Assembly (NCBI RefSeq): GCF_037042905.1
Contig: NC_087251.1
Location: 31,498,001 to 31,558,000 of the forward strand
Source: Lytechinus pictus
Taxonomy: Eukaryota
Length of the DNA: 60,000 nt
Direction of reading: 5' to 3'
Part shown: piece after piece, positions 28,801 to 40,477 of the stretch
Layout of the letters: each line of letters begins with the position of its first letter
Position numbering within the stretch: position 1 is the first letter of the stretch
The notes under the pieces: model-generated
Database searches by the model: none
What the model saw: the letters and a program-made list of their open reading frames with translations, nothing else
Told to the model about the DNA's origin: nothing
Position numbers and translations under genes: made by a program

Positions 28801-31800
28801 ATGTAGCATCCAACCTTGGAAACCGCCCTAGTGGACTAATAGCCGGAGGCAACCCTTTAGGCCAAGGCCCACCTCAGGTTCAGCCTTGTGCTAGGGCCTG
28901 TGAGAGCTGCCATGGTTAGTGATTTATATGATAGTAATTAGTATTTACAATAAATTACAATTGCAGTTGCAATTATATTACAAGTACAGGTACAATTACA
29001 ATTGACTGATGATTTTTAATTACAAGCAGTTGATTGGTGTGATATTCTTGGAAATGAGTTATTAGATCTTGGGTTGATTTACAGTGGAGAATATTGAGTT
29101 ATGAGGATTTTAAGCATGTTTCCGTAACTTCACTTTGCTTTCATTACAATTTGAATGCATTTGAAAAGATGGACATGAAATAGTGCTTTGAAATTGATGT
29201 GTTTGTGACCTTAATCAAAAGGTCTTTAATATTATTATTGTTGTTCATTGTTTAAATTATTAAATAAAAAATGATTTTAGCAATTATATTAAATATAACT
29301 TTAAAGGTAAATGCTAGTTTTGGTAACGATACCAAAATGAGTTCGTACAGAATCCAATGAAATGACCACCAAAGTGTCTGTTTGCATAAATAAAACGCAT
29401 GTGCCAAAGGATTCTGGAAGAAATTGTGTAATTGCTGAGAAATCAGCAAATAAGCACAGGATTCGGGTAGAGCGTCGGGCCCGACGCTCAAAGCAATAAT
29501 TATACACAGTCCCACGTGCGCTTATCTGTGTTGGGGAAGTTCAGTCTGAACATTTTTCAGCGTAGATTTCAAGATTTCACAAAGTTCAGTTTATGTAACT
29601 GTACCAGATCTAGATCCTCGATGATATACTGACAATTAAGCCTGGTTTTACAGACTTTCTCATGAAATCAGTGTTTACTGCAACTACTGGAATTTCTCTT
29701 TAAAGCTCTTTAGTATTGTCTCTTGTTTTACTATTTAAAAAAAATAATTTCAGCTATTTTGACTTTTAATTGTAAAAATAATTATTTAATAGGCTACTGT
29801 CACGTTGATTCTACAAAAATGAAATTACAGGGCATTAATGTTTGTATTTATCTGTTATCTCCATACAGCAAGCAACTCATTTCAATGGTATTCATGGGGT
29901 CCTGCCAACATGCAGTGTAGACTCTGTGCTACATGCTGGGTTTACTGGAAGAAATGCGGTGGACTCAAAATGCCCACTAGACTTGGTGAGTCAATACACT
30001 TTCAACTAATGGGTCATTTCTGAAGAAAAAAAAGAATCACAATTGTAAAGATCATTTTGTGCTAATAATAATAATAATGAATAGTTTTCAACTAAGATAA
30101 ATAAATCCTGATTTTAATCAATAATAATAATGGCATATTTACCCAGGGTAGCCACTTCAGCTATTATTATTACCCCGGCTTTAGCACGGCTACCTTGATC
30201 GGGCGCTCGAGCATTTGAGGAATTTCTTCCTACTGGGTACCCATTCACCTCACCTGGGTCGAGTGCAGCACAATGTGGATAAATTTCTTGCCGAAAGAAA
30301 TTACGCCATTGCTGGGATTCGAACCCACGACCCTCTGTTTCAAAGTCCGGAGACTAATCCACTGGGCCACAACGCTCCACAGGCTTCATCTTTTATTTTT
30401 AAATCTTAAGCATATTTTTTGTTTATCTATTTATTGATTTCAATTATTATTGATTGATTGATTTCAATTATTATTGATTGATTGATTTTTTGTCTCACCT
30501 GCATAGCAGAGTGAGACTATAGGCGCCGCTTTTCCGATGGCGGCGGTAGCCTCTTGTCGAGGCCCTGGCAGCTGCTTCCCGAGCGAAGCGAGGGATTTCC
30601 TAATTCGCCAAGCGAATTATGCCTGGCGCGAGCCAGGGCCTCTTGACATCTGAGCTGAATTATGTATTCATGAGGAACGTCTTTCTAATGAATATACATG
30701 AGTCATGATATTACCGGTCACCTAGTAAACCAATGAAATGTCAAGGCTGTTTCGTCTGGGGTTCGGAATTCTATAGTAGTCCACTATTCTGCAGGGGATT
30801 CATTTCATTGCGGGACACTAAAGGGGATATAACCAGCAAAATGCTACAAGTAGTTGTACTACTACTGCTACTACTAGTACTGGCTGTAACAGACCCATCA
30901 CCGCCCCGAAACTTCCTGGGAGATACTGGTCAGACTCGAGTCAAGGGGAAGCAACGCCACTCCAGCATTCCCTCACTGCACAGCGGAGATCGATAATCGA
31001 CGCATAGTGGAATCGCATGAAAGATTACATTTTTTCCATATCCTGTGGGTAGATTTACAAAAACATCTCGTCCTTTCAGTGCAGATTTAATTTCATCGAC
31101 TTGCAAATCCTTAAATCGGTCAATATTCAGCATTTTAGAGGCATATTCAATGCTCTTTGATATTTCGTCGTCACTCTTCGCCAAGAATCCACGGGTCGCC
31201 ATTCAAGATGAGCTCATGAATATTCAATATGACGTCATAGTGGCCCGCGCTCTCATTGAATGATTTTCACCGACCAGTTCTTGGTCGGAATATTGGTAAA
31301 AACAATAAAAAACAAAAGAAAGTCGGTGAAATTCAGCTCAGCTGTCAAGAGGCCCTGTCTCGCGGTGCTCTGCTTTGCTATATATCCCTTGCTTAGCCAT
31401 GTTCGCTTGGAAAGCAGCAGACAGGGCCTCAACAAGAGGCTACGGCGGCGGCGGCGTCAACACCAAATCTTAACCAAAGGTTAAGTTTTTGAAATGACAG
31501 CATAACTTAGAAAGTATATGGACCTAGTTCATGAAACTTGGCCATAAGGTCAATCAAGTATTACTGAACATTCTGCTCGAGTTTCACATCACATGACCAA
31601 GGTCAAAGGTCATTTAGGGTCAATGAACTTTGGCCAAATTGGGGGTATCTGTTGAATTACCATAACTTTTAAAGTTTATGGATCTGATTCATGAAACTTG
31701 GACATAATAGTAATCAAGTATCACTGAACATCCTGTGTAAGTTTCAGGTCACATGATTAAGGTTAAAGGTCATTTAGGGTCAATGGACTTTGGCCAAATT

Positions 31801-34800
31801 GGGGATATTTGTTGAGTTACCATCATAACTTTGGAAGTTTATTGGTCTAGTTCATAAAACTTGGACATAAGAGTAATCAAGTATCACTGAACATCCTGTG
31901 CGCATTTCAGGTCACATGACCGAGGTCAAAGGTCAATGTACTTTGGCCATAATGGGGTATCTGTTGAATTACCATCATAACTTTGAAAGTTTATGGATCT
32001 GATTCATGAAACTTGGACATAAGAGTAATCAAGTATCTTTGAACATCCCGTCCGAGTTTCAGGTCACATGACCAAGGTCAAAGGTCATTTAAGGTCAATG
32101 AACTTTGGCCATGTTGGGGGTATTTGTTGAATTACCATCATAACTCTGTAAGTATATTGGTCTAGTTCATAAAACTTGGACATAAGAGTTATCAAGTATC
32201 ACTGAACATCCTGTGTAAGTTTCAGGTCACATGACAAAGTCAAAGGTCATTTAAGGTCATTGAACTTTGGCCATTTTAGAGGTAATTATTAGATTGCTGT
32301 CATAACTTTCAAAGTTTATAGATATAGTGTATAAAGTGTGGATATAGGGGTAATCAAGTATCACTGACAAGTTTTAGGTCACATGATCAAGGTCAAATGT
32401 CATTGAACGTAGTATTGTATCATTATATGAATGGTGTTTTTTGTGAATAATTATTTTATAGTAGTTTTCAAAGTCAGCACTGCTGCTATATTGAATCGCG
32501 TGATGCAGGTGAGACAGCCAGAGGCATTCCACTTGTTTTATTTATTTATATTTTTATTTATGTATCTATTTATTTGTTCATTCATTTTATTATTTATTTA
32601 TTCTTTTTATTAATTGATTGATTAATTTGTTTATTTAATCATTATTTATTTATTTATTTATTCTATTTTTTATTGTTTTATTATTTAATTCTGTTTTAGG
32701 GGAATTACAATTGTAAAACTAATTTTGTGGTATTAATGAATAGTTTGATAGCCAAGAAAGGGGAATTGTATGTCATAGAAAACAAATTATACTGACCCCA
32801 AAGTGGTCTAATTTGTTAACCTATCAATGCCGAACCTTAGGATTCCAAGCATTAAATGTACATCTGTGTTTTATTATCGTTGTACAGATGGTGAGCGTCC
32901 TGGTAACCTTAGGAACCGTACAGAACGCCCTCCCATGCCCTTGTCTGGCATGCATCGGCCATTCTGCTGTACTATCAGTGGATGTGGCAAGGTGGGGTCA
33001 TCTCATTCTATTCAGACTGACAATCTCTATGCTGAATTATCTTAGGCTCAGTAAAATTATTCTATTCAATTTCATAAGATACTCAAGAAATCATGATACA
33101 TGTATGTTAGAACTATGAATAAGTACTGATTTTTAAGAATTAGTACTGAAAAATGAGAAGAATAGCGATGGTTTCATGCAAAATACTGATTTCTAAAGTT
33201 TCAGTTTTATGTTGACCTATGGTATTTCTTTGAAAATAAAGATTTCTTTACCAAACTACTGATTTTCAGCTTTTTAAATACTGAAATGCTCTTGGTTGGC
33301 AGCTCGGGTATGTAATCAAACAAGTTGTGGAAAGCAATCATAAATACAATTTGAATACAATTTAATATACCACCAGAGATTTGTTTCATATAGGTTGGCT
33401 TGAATCACTAAATGGCAGTTGCTAATCAAGATCATTGTGACATGCACATGTTGTTCGAAGCACAGGGCAGGAACCAATCCGAACAGTTCTTTCATATTTG
33501 CAATCAATCATAGGTCTTTTGTGTTACAAGGCCTTAGCAGTGCTTATGTATTTGATTATAGAATTGCAATCTTTCATATTGCACTTCTTTTTTCAGGAAT
33601 TCAAACTGAAGGCACACCTAGCACGCCACTGCCAGACGGTGCACGGTCTGACTATACGCACCAGCAACCCGAGGGCTCTGTCCCTCAAGACCAGACAGGC
33701 GTTCATGCTTGTTACCACCCCACTCACACGTCTCTCTCGGTTCCTCTGTAAGAACATGCTCAATCTACCTCACGTTGCTAGGTGCCCGTTTGATCCTATC
33801 AACGTAGCTGCTGTCAAGCAGGAATGTGAGTATACATACCCAACCATCCGATATACAAATGCTGTGTTAGTGAAAAAAAAAATCAAAACCTTATCAAGTG
33901 GATCAACGATCTTTGTTTTTTTTGGGGGGAAGGGGTTCGCTTTCATCCTTAGTATGCATGCACCCATGAGAATTGAGCACAACAATTCAAACAATAATGC
34001 ATTTGTTTCATTAATAACCTGTCTCTTGTGCTTAAGAGTTGTATGTCTCTTTTTTGTTCATATAGTCATAAGATCTTATATGGTAGGTGGTGCACTGCTG
34101 GCCCACCACCAAGAGAGAGTATACAGTAGCTCGTAATGGGCCGAAACCCCCAGTGACTGGTAGAAGAACAACTTATTTTCTTGTGTTTATTTGACTAATT
34201 TAACTTGCTTGCTTTCTTAGTCCTTACAAAATGTCACATTTTACAAGGGTAGGCAAAGAGATGAACTGACTTCCTGCTTCCGTCCTGCACTTGTTTCTTG
34301 ATATAGCATTTATTGCATTTTCTATACTTGATGCACTTTTCCTTGAAGTTTTACTTCTTCATGATTTGCAAGATATAATACACATTGTATGCATATTATG
34401 TTTGTCCTTTATAGGTCAGAATCAGCTAACACCGGGTGTTATCCCCACTATGCCGAAGCTGAAGCCAAAGGTCTGGGCCAGGGTAGATATCGTCATGGCT
34501 AACTTGGATCAGGATCGGCCAAAGAAACCAGTCCCTCGTAAGTCTCTTATCATATGGCTTTGTTAGTGATGTACTTTTAAAGATCTTGTTTTGTGAAGAA
34601 GAAAGTGAATATACATGTAAATTACTCATGTGCGAGAACATATTTTCTGTGTTGCTTCATTTATAAGAGTTTCTCATCAGTAATTGTTGCATACTCTTTT
34701 TCAAAAGATGTTTTTGAGAAGTTATCAAATACTACCGATTCTAACAAAATAATTTTATTATATTTTGTATGTCTCTGTCCATTTCATATAAAGTTTTATA

Positions 34801-37800
34801 TATGCTTTTTTTTCCCAATTATGTAGGGGTTATTATATTTTGTTAATGGTTCTAGATATATCTTCATCATGTTCAATTTCGTAATCTACTCTGTATATTG
34901 ATTTTTTTTTGTTTTTTGTGGAGCGTTGTGGCCCAGTGGATTAGTCTCCGGACTTTGAAACAGGGTCGTGGGTTCGAATCCCAGCCATGGTGTAATTTCC
35001 TTCGGCAAGAAATTTATCCACATTGTGCTGCACTCGACCCAGGTGAGGTGAATGGGTACCCAGTAGGATTTATTCCTTGAATGCTTTAGCGCCTATTAAT
35101 ATGCCGGCTTAGCTGCAGCCGGGGTAATAATATGATACCAAGTAACAAAAAGCGCAGTTGAGTATATGCACATAGTAACTGCGCTGTATAAATGGACATA
35201 ATATTATTATTCTTTTTGTGAATGGAATTTTATTTCGAATTTTAAAGAATTTTTGTTCTCTATGTACTTTTTTTCAGAGCGCCCAACACCAAACGGTAAC
35301 GTACGCCCTCAGCTGACCAATCCTGTTGGCACACTAACTCCTAACATCAGAAAGCGACAGCTTGATGACAATGGAGGTAGGGAAGAAAAGAAACGAAAAG
35401 GTATTTATAAACTATCAAGGTAATTGTTAGCAGTGCAAGAGTCTCCAAAACAAAAGGTCCTAGTCACCATATCTTCATTCTGAAATATGCTGTGCTGCTT
35501 AACACAAAAAACTGTAAGAGGAGGTCTGTTAAAACCAGTTGAAATTGATTCAATTTGACATAGTGGATGCTGTCCTATAGGTACATGGGCATTTTAGCCA
35601 TTTGCTACCATCTTGTGGGGTCCATGATATTGGATGTAGGTGATGATTAAGTCAAAACGATTTACACCTCTTACCCTTCAAATGTTGACTATCTTTCTCA
35701 GTTTTGGGGTGTGTTCAGACCATAGGGAATGAGTCTTTGAAAGTCATGCACTGTTAACCAATACTGTATGAGATTTATTTTTTATTTGAGATGTCATTTA
35801 TTTACTGAAACATTGTACATAAGTTCACTTCAGTATTATTTACCGCTTTGTGAAACATATTGTCATGTGAACAGTATTCATTGGAAGTGATGTAAGAATT
35901 TATGTTACCAATTGTATTGTCTCTTTTTCCTAATTTGCATGTTTTTAAATATATGCATAATTGGACAGTTCTCAAAAGTTAAGCTATTATAGAGAACATA
36001 TTATGCAAAGTTACTTCTTAGTCAACTTTCTCCAAATTGAATGTACAGTCGCTATGAATTTAGAAGGATTGTAGAAAGATATGTTGAATTGAAGATTTGA
36101 AATTTGTCTTTATTTCAATACAATTTAATGTAAATTAATGCAGTTTAAATGTACATGTTGTAATTCTAGCATATATAGTGCATAGAGACTTGATTTTATT
36201 GTTGTGATATGTGCTACATAAGCAGTTGTCATCATCATTGTTAGTTTATTTTCATATTTAAGTAGAATATTGTAGTGTCAGAATCATGAAATTTGTAAAA
36301 TTGTAACGCATTCCAGTAAAGCTTTTTTTTTCATTGATTACTGTTATAAGCAGGGGTGTGAGTGGTCACAAATAAAAAGATCTGAAAAAAGCTGAAGAGT
36401 GTTGAAAAAGTCTGAAAAAGAAAGAGCTCCCATACTTTTTGCACAGAGGAAAGCCAAAAATAAGCTGAAATTAAGCTGGAAAAAAAAAAAAAAAAAAAAA
36501 TCTGAACTCTCACACCCCTGTATAAGCTACTGAAATCCTGACATATGATTATTTGAAGACTGATAAGATATGTGTATTTTTACAATGAATTAAAACAAGA
36601 AATATCTCCTTTTTTGTTCACCTTGTACTCACAGAGGGACCACAGACAAAACGTACCACCATAACGGCACCTCGTCAATACAGAAGAAGTAAGATTGATG
36701 ATCACTTTCAATAAGAGGAAACATTCAAAACATCCTTTCAATCTACAATACTTATTATCTTGTGTATATAAAATATCAAATCTTGTTTGTATCAAATTTA
36801 TTTCATTCTAGATAAATTGAATAAGGTATATATCAAATCAAACTTTGAATAATATATTATCCATTGTAAACCCATGTGTATTTTTAAAAGGTCAAAGTTT
36901 ATAATATCACTTCTACACATGATATTTGCCAGTTAAAATCAGTGCTATATTATATTTTTGAAGATGTAGTAATGTTAATGTATTCCAAAATAGGATTTTA
37001 TTCATTTCCCATCATTTGTTGATATAAAGTTACCATATTTAGGCTTTTGTTACAAGCAAGCTTGTGTGATTATAAAATTTTAAAAATATCACTCTGTGCA
37101 TAAGACATAATAGTAAGCATTCTATATCCAACTATTTTAATAAATAAAGGTCATCTTTTTAGCTCTGCTCATTCAATACCGTAAAATATGAACAATTCCG
37201 TGGTAGTCACAAGACTAATTATTTTCTTTTTTTATTTGCTCTCTCTCTATCTCCGTAAAGCTGAATATGATGAAGATGGAAAACTGAGAGAAGTGGGTCA
37301 GGTCAGTTTGAAACTTTTCTTTGTCCTTTACTAACACATATTCGTAGAATAGTCTGAAATTTCATTCATTCAATAAATAAATAAATTGTTTCACTCCATC
37401 CACTAACTCCCTTTTCATGTCATGGGATTATTCTAAGTTGTAGTTAAATGAGGAGCAAAGGATGGGCATTGATTTACATGATGAGAATTGTGATTTATTT
37501 ATGCCTTCTAATAATGTTGTGTATTATGTTTGACAGGGGGATCCCCTATCTCGGAGGAAACGACCAATCAGCTGGCTGGATGCTCCTGATGATGTATTCT
37601 TCCATGCGGACAGTAACACCAGGTGAGAAACCATGACAGATATTTCTTGAATTGGCTGGAAAAAAAAATCTTTCTGAAATGAGTTTTCCAGGGGGTTTAG
37701 AAACTTATTGTACGAGCAAGAAGAGAGTTTGAAGAAGAATAACGTCACTGATCAGTGGCTGGTAGATTTGTGATATAAAAATTTTGGGAGTCTACTTTGC

Positions 37801-38365
37801 CCTGTGACCCATTCAATGACTTTCCAGTCTCTCATTGGATACTAGTCGGTTGGCCAGCCAGTAGTCAGTGGGTCATCTGCGGGTACATCGTAGTAGTACT
37901 GTGGGCAGCAGGATGATCTTCATTGAAAACTTCTCGAAATTGACCTGTCTGTAAAATTTTAATGGTGTATGTGAGGAGATTGTTTTTTAAGTCTCGTTTA
38001 TGTCAGATTGTTACAAGTTGTAGGGTCAGCTTTGACATGTCGTGTTTCTTTCAAAGCATCCGTCTTTGTTGGATTCTTGATTGAATATCATTTGAATAAT
38101 TTTTGCGATATTCACCCGATATCCTGTGAATCTTTCAAATTCACAAGGCAGGTGTGTTAACGTGAGATTCTTGATTTGCTTTCTCATTCCAAGCAGAAAG
38201 TTGAGAAAACAGCTGAGTGTGCAGGCACAGCGGCGCCTGGCTCGCCGTCCATGGACCATGGCCGTTAGACCGCTCAACGCAGGGGTGATCCCACCACCGC
38301 AACCAGCTGGATCACCATCAGCAGTCAAACCACCTACGGATCCTATTGTTATTGATGATGATTAG
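22451..38365 (+). CDS. MTA1: Metastasis-associated protein (MTA1/2/3 family, NuRD subunit): BAH-ELM2-SANT-GATA ZnF-C2H2-R1-R2; 19 coding exons, about 727-735 aa
   Basis: Starts [15 protein letters not shown]; contains [79 protein letters not shown]...[29 protein letters not shown]; ends PIVIDDD*. All introns GT-AG and phase-consistent. Likely co-orthologue of vertebrate MTA1-3. Confidence 0.96.
23765..23832 (+). CDS. MTA1: MTA exon 2
   Basis: [22 protein letters not shown]. Confidence 0.94.
24509..24602 (+). CDS. MTA1: MTA exon 3
   Basis: [31 protein letters not shown]. Confidence 0.95.
24900..25087 (+). CDS. MTA1: MTA exon 4
   Basis: ALEEEQEE...[11 protein letters not shown]...SYLSKD. Confidence 0.95.
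25650..25767 (+). CDS. MTA1: MTA exon 5
   Basis: [31 protein letters not shown]. Confidence 0.95.
26279..26381 (+). CDS. MTA1: MTA exon 6 (ELM2)
   Basis: [19 protein letters not shown]...IDQFLVLA. Confidence 0.94.
26899..26998 (+). CDS. MTA1: MTA exon 7 (ELM2)
   Basis: [33 protein letters not shown]. Confidence 0.95.
27584..27772 (+). CDS. MTA1: MTA exon 8 (ELM2/SANT)
   Basis: FHAMDVLH...[10 protein letters not shown]. Confidence 0.95.
28212..28345 (+). CDS. MTA1: MTA exon 9 (SANT)
   Basis: [43 protein letters not shown]. Confidence 0.95.
28775..28914 (+). CDS. MTA1: MTA exon 10
   Basis: NKPNPNQI...RACESCH. Confidence 0.93.
29305..29699. mobile_element. Kolobok-like non-autonomous element
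   Basis: TTAA flanks; AG...CT termini with imperfect TIR (AGGTAAATGCTAGT versus AGAGAAATTCCAGT). Confidence 0.55.
29869..29985 (+). CDS. MTA1: MTA exon 11 (GATA-type zinc finger)
   Basis: [34 protein letters not shown]. Confidence 0.95.
30120..30380 (-). mobile_element. tRNA-derived SINE (copy 2)
   Basis: Reverse complement of the same head and core as 10507; tail CTGAAGTGGCTACCCTGGGTAAATATGCC(ATT)n. Confidence 0.85.
30547..31442 (-). mobile_element. Non-autonomous AcademH-like DNA transposon with a RecQ-type helicase fragment (30930-31202)
   Basis: 21-bp TIR TAGCCTCTTGTYGAGGCCCTG with TAG...CTA termini; flanks TGGCGGCGG / CGGCGGCGG; ORF has FKDLQ...[17 protein letters not shown] (SF2 Q motif and Walker A). 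Confidence 0.8.
31501..32405 (+). repeat. Minisatellite, about 5.6 copies of a 152-163-bp unit
   Basis: CATAACT...GAAACTTGGACATAAG...GGTCACATGACCAAGGTCAAAGGTCA units start at 31501, 31661, 31824, 31976, 32139, 32301. Confidence 0.92.
32888..32991 (+). CDS. MTA1: MTA exon 12
   Basis: DGERPG...[16 protein letters not shown] acceptor, GT donor; phase 1 to 0. Confidence 0.88.
33597..33825 (+). CDS. MTA1: MTA exon 13 (C2H2 end and R1)
   Basis: [16 protein letters not shown]...[18 protein letters not shown]...INVAAVKQE. Confidence 0.93.
34415..34537 (+). CDS. MTA1: MTA exon 14
   Basis: TAG acceptor, GTAAGT donor; open, phase 1 to 1; QNQLTPG...KKPVP. Confidence 0.8.
34918..35211 (+). mobile_element. 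tRNA-derived SINE (copy 3)
   Basis: Same head and core; tail with GCGCAGTT...AACTGCGC stem-loop and (ATT)n. Confidence 0.85.
35278..35400 (+). CDS. MTA1: MTA exon 15 (two candidate donors, after 35376 or 35400)
   Basis: Strong TTTTTTTCAG acceptor; RPTPNG...[10 protein letters not shown](GREEKKRK). Confidence 0.78.
36635..36688 (+). CDS. MTA1: MTA exon 16 (54-nt symmetric exon)
   Basis: Pyrimidine tract and CAG acceptor, GTAAGA donor; [17 protein letters not shown] in frame. Confidence 0.65.
37261..37301 (+). CDS. MTA1: MTA exon 17 (41 nt)
   Basis: Long pyrimidine tract and AAG acceptor, GTCAGT donor; needed to convert phase 1 to phase 0; [13 protein letters not shown]. Confidence 0.72.
37537..37622 (+). 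CDS. MTA1: MTA exon 18
   Basis: [28 protein letters not shown]. Confidence 0.92.
38197..38365 (+). CDS. MTA1: MTA terminal coding exon
   Basis: [19 protein letters not shown]...[14 protein letters not shown] tandem acceptor. Confidence 0.92.
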
Positions 38366-40471
38366 ATTGATTGAACAGCATTACCTAAGCCCCTTTGTCC
38401 TACGGGGGGGGGGGGGGGGGGGGGGGCTGTCAATTTCAGAAATCTCACACTGACTTCAAACTGACCCGTGCTTGTCTATACTATGTTCATGTAACATATA
38501 GCATGTAATATTCAATGTGCTAACTAACTTGGTCTGAGTGGGGTTTTATACGTATATCATGGGTATAAGGATATCATTGTTATATTAGACTGTCCTTGGT
38601 TCTTGTTTGTTCCCGGAAATGTTCAAAAATGAAGCGAATTCCTGTGGAACCAAAGGTTTTTGCTGAAAACCTATTTTGTCAGGGCAAAAATAATCTATTT
38701 GTAATCGAAAACTGTTCACTATAATGAATTATACAATGTTTTACATTTGTTGTGAACAGGCCTAGTTGTGATGCAATTATTATGAATACTTTTTAAGATT
38801 AAAAATGCAACACAATTGTAGCTTGCTCAATTTTATATCTCAATCAAGTAAAGGAATTTATAGCCTCTGAACTTGTTGCATATTTAGAGGATGTTTTGTA
38901 TGTTTAGTATATCAATAAATTTGGCAAATGAGTCTTGTGTTAAATGAGTTGTCCAATTGAATTTTTTTTTTCAGTGAATTGTATCCATAGCAACACGCAG
39001 TGCTGTTAATATAAAACTCCTATCTGGTACTTCAAGAAATGTTTTGGGACCTTACTCTTTCCCAATGAGTTTGTCTTATCAGTCAACATATATTTTATGA
39101 CTGATGAAATCTGTATTATAACACATTTTTGCTTAAGTACTTTACATCGAGATATCACTGTGGGGGTATTTTTTTAACCAGTTTTTGTAAAATGGAAAAA
39201 AAGAAAAAACAAAAACACTGAATGAATGTAAATATCGAGTCATTGATATCAATGAAAATATGCTTGAGGAATTTAACTTTGGCATATTTTTTTTTGTAAG
39301 TGTGATTGTATATATGTTATTATGTATAGTTGAGTGATTTTAGACTATTGGAAGGAATAACAAAACTTTCTATGTAATTGAAAATTTCTGATTCAAGATA
39401 CCTTTATTATTCAAGATGACAAAAAAGTGAATGATTCATTGTTGATTTTCTTAGTAGCAATACCATTTCATAGTGTAAATGGTAAAGTCAATGTAATACA
39501 TGCGTACATGTATTTGTAATCAGTTCATTTTTATTTTTAGAAACTTTAGTGCTATGTTCTTATTATTTATATCATTTGTTGACCAATTTTCTCTTCCAAA
39601 CAGTGATTTAGATGTTACAAATATGCCATATTTTGAAGTTATATTTTACTGTTATAGCTTCATTTATATCATCGGATATTTGTCGTTTTATCACTCAAAA
39701 GGCATCAAAATTGTCATCTTATAATCTGACGTTAGAATGTCAAATTATTCAGTGGAATTCAAAAATAAACAAGCAATAATATTTTTATTAATATCCCTAA
39801 TTTTTTTTTAAACATCCCCTATATCATATAGGGCTTTGTTGTTAATGTAATCTTGTCAAAATTGGCTAGTATGAATTCACTGGAAATATCTCAATTATTT
39901 GTGTGCCAAAATCTGATTTAATTATTCTGAAATGTGACACACTGATATCATTTTGTGTTGATTTATAGTGTTACATTGACAATTTTTTTAATAACATTTC
40001 TTGAAAAAAATCCATGAAAATCCAATGCTGAACCTTCAAAGTGGGCTTTTACATGCATATACATGGAAAATGTTATTCAAAAAGTATATTTCCCTCTCGT
40101 AGTAATCATCTCATATTGAAGTGTCATCATAAACAGCATGGATCAATGATTCCTGATTAACAATGTATCTTACTTTGTAGCCAGGATGCCAATGTCTCTT
40201 TTTGTAAATAGGAATTTTCGATAGTGATTGGAAAGTATTACTTGTAGCTATGTATTGAGAAAAGAATAGTGCTTTTATACTATGAAGGAACTGTTTCAGT
40301 TATTTGTATTATTTTTCTTGTTTATCTTTTCCTATTGTCCTTTTTTAAAGCAATTTTTTTCATATTCAGTTCACAAACTCATTACAAGGAAACTCCAATG
40401 AAAATACTATTGTTAACTTATGTATGTTGGTAACATAAAGGATGCTTTGTGGCTGTCATTCCTAGTATGAT

Positions 40472-40477
40472 AATAAA
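40472..40477 (+). terminator. Candidate MTA polyadenylation signal
   Basis: AATAAA followed about 35 nt later by a T-rich tract; implies a ~2.1-kb 3'UTR. Other AATAAA hexamers occur upstream (for example 38914). Confidence 0.4.

Larger units (their letters stand above)
30491..32538 (+). mobile_element. Helentron-associated non-autonomous element (HINE/DINE-1/Tsp-like) with internal minisatellite
   Basis: T-run flanks; subterminal inverted repeats TGTCTCACCTGCAT (30491) / ATGCAGGTGAGACA (32503); inner partial IR GTGAGAC; (GGC)n microsatellite; tandem array of ~160-bp units. Confidence 0.75.

Noticed and set aside
30930..31202. Host RecQ helicase gene
   Set aside because: Only a short N-terminal fragment, enclosed by Academ-type TIRs in an MTA intron.
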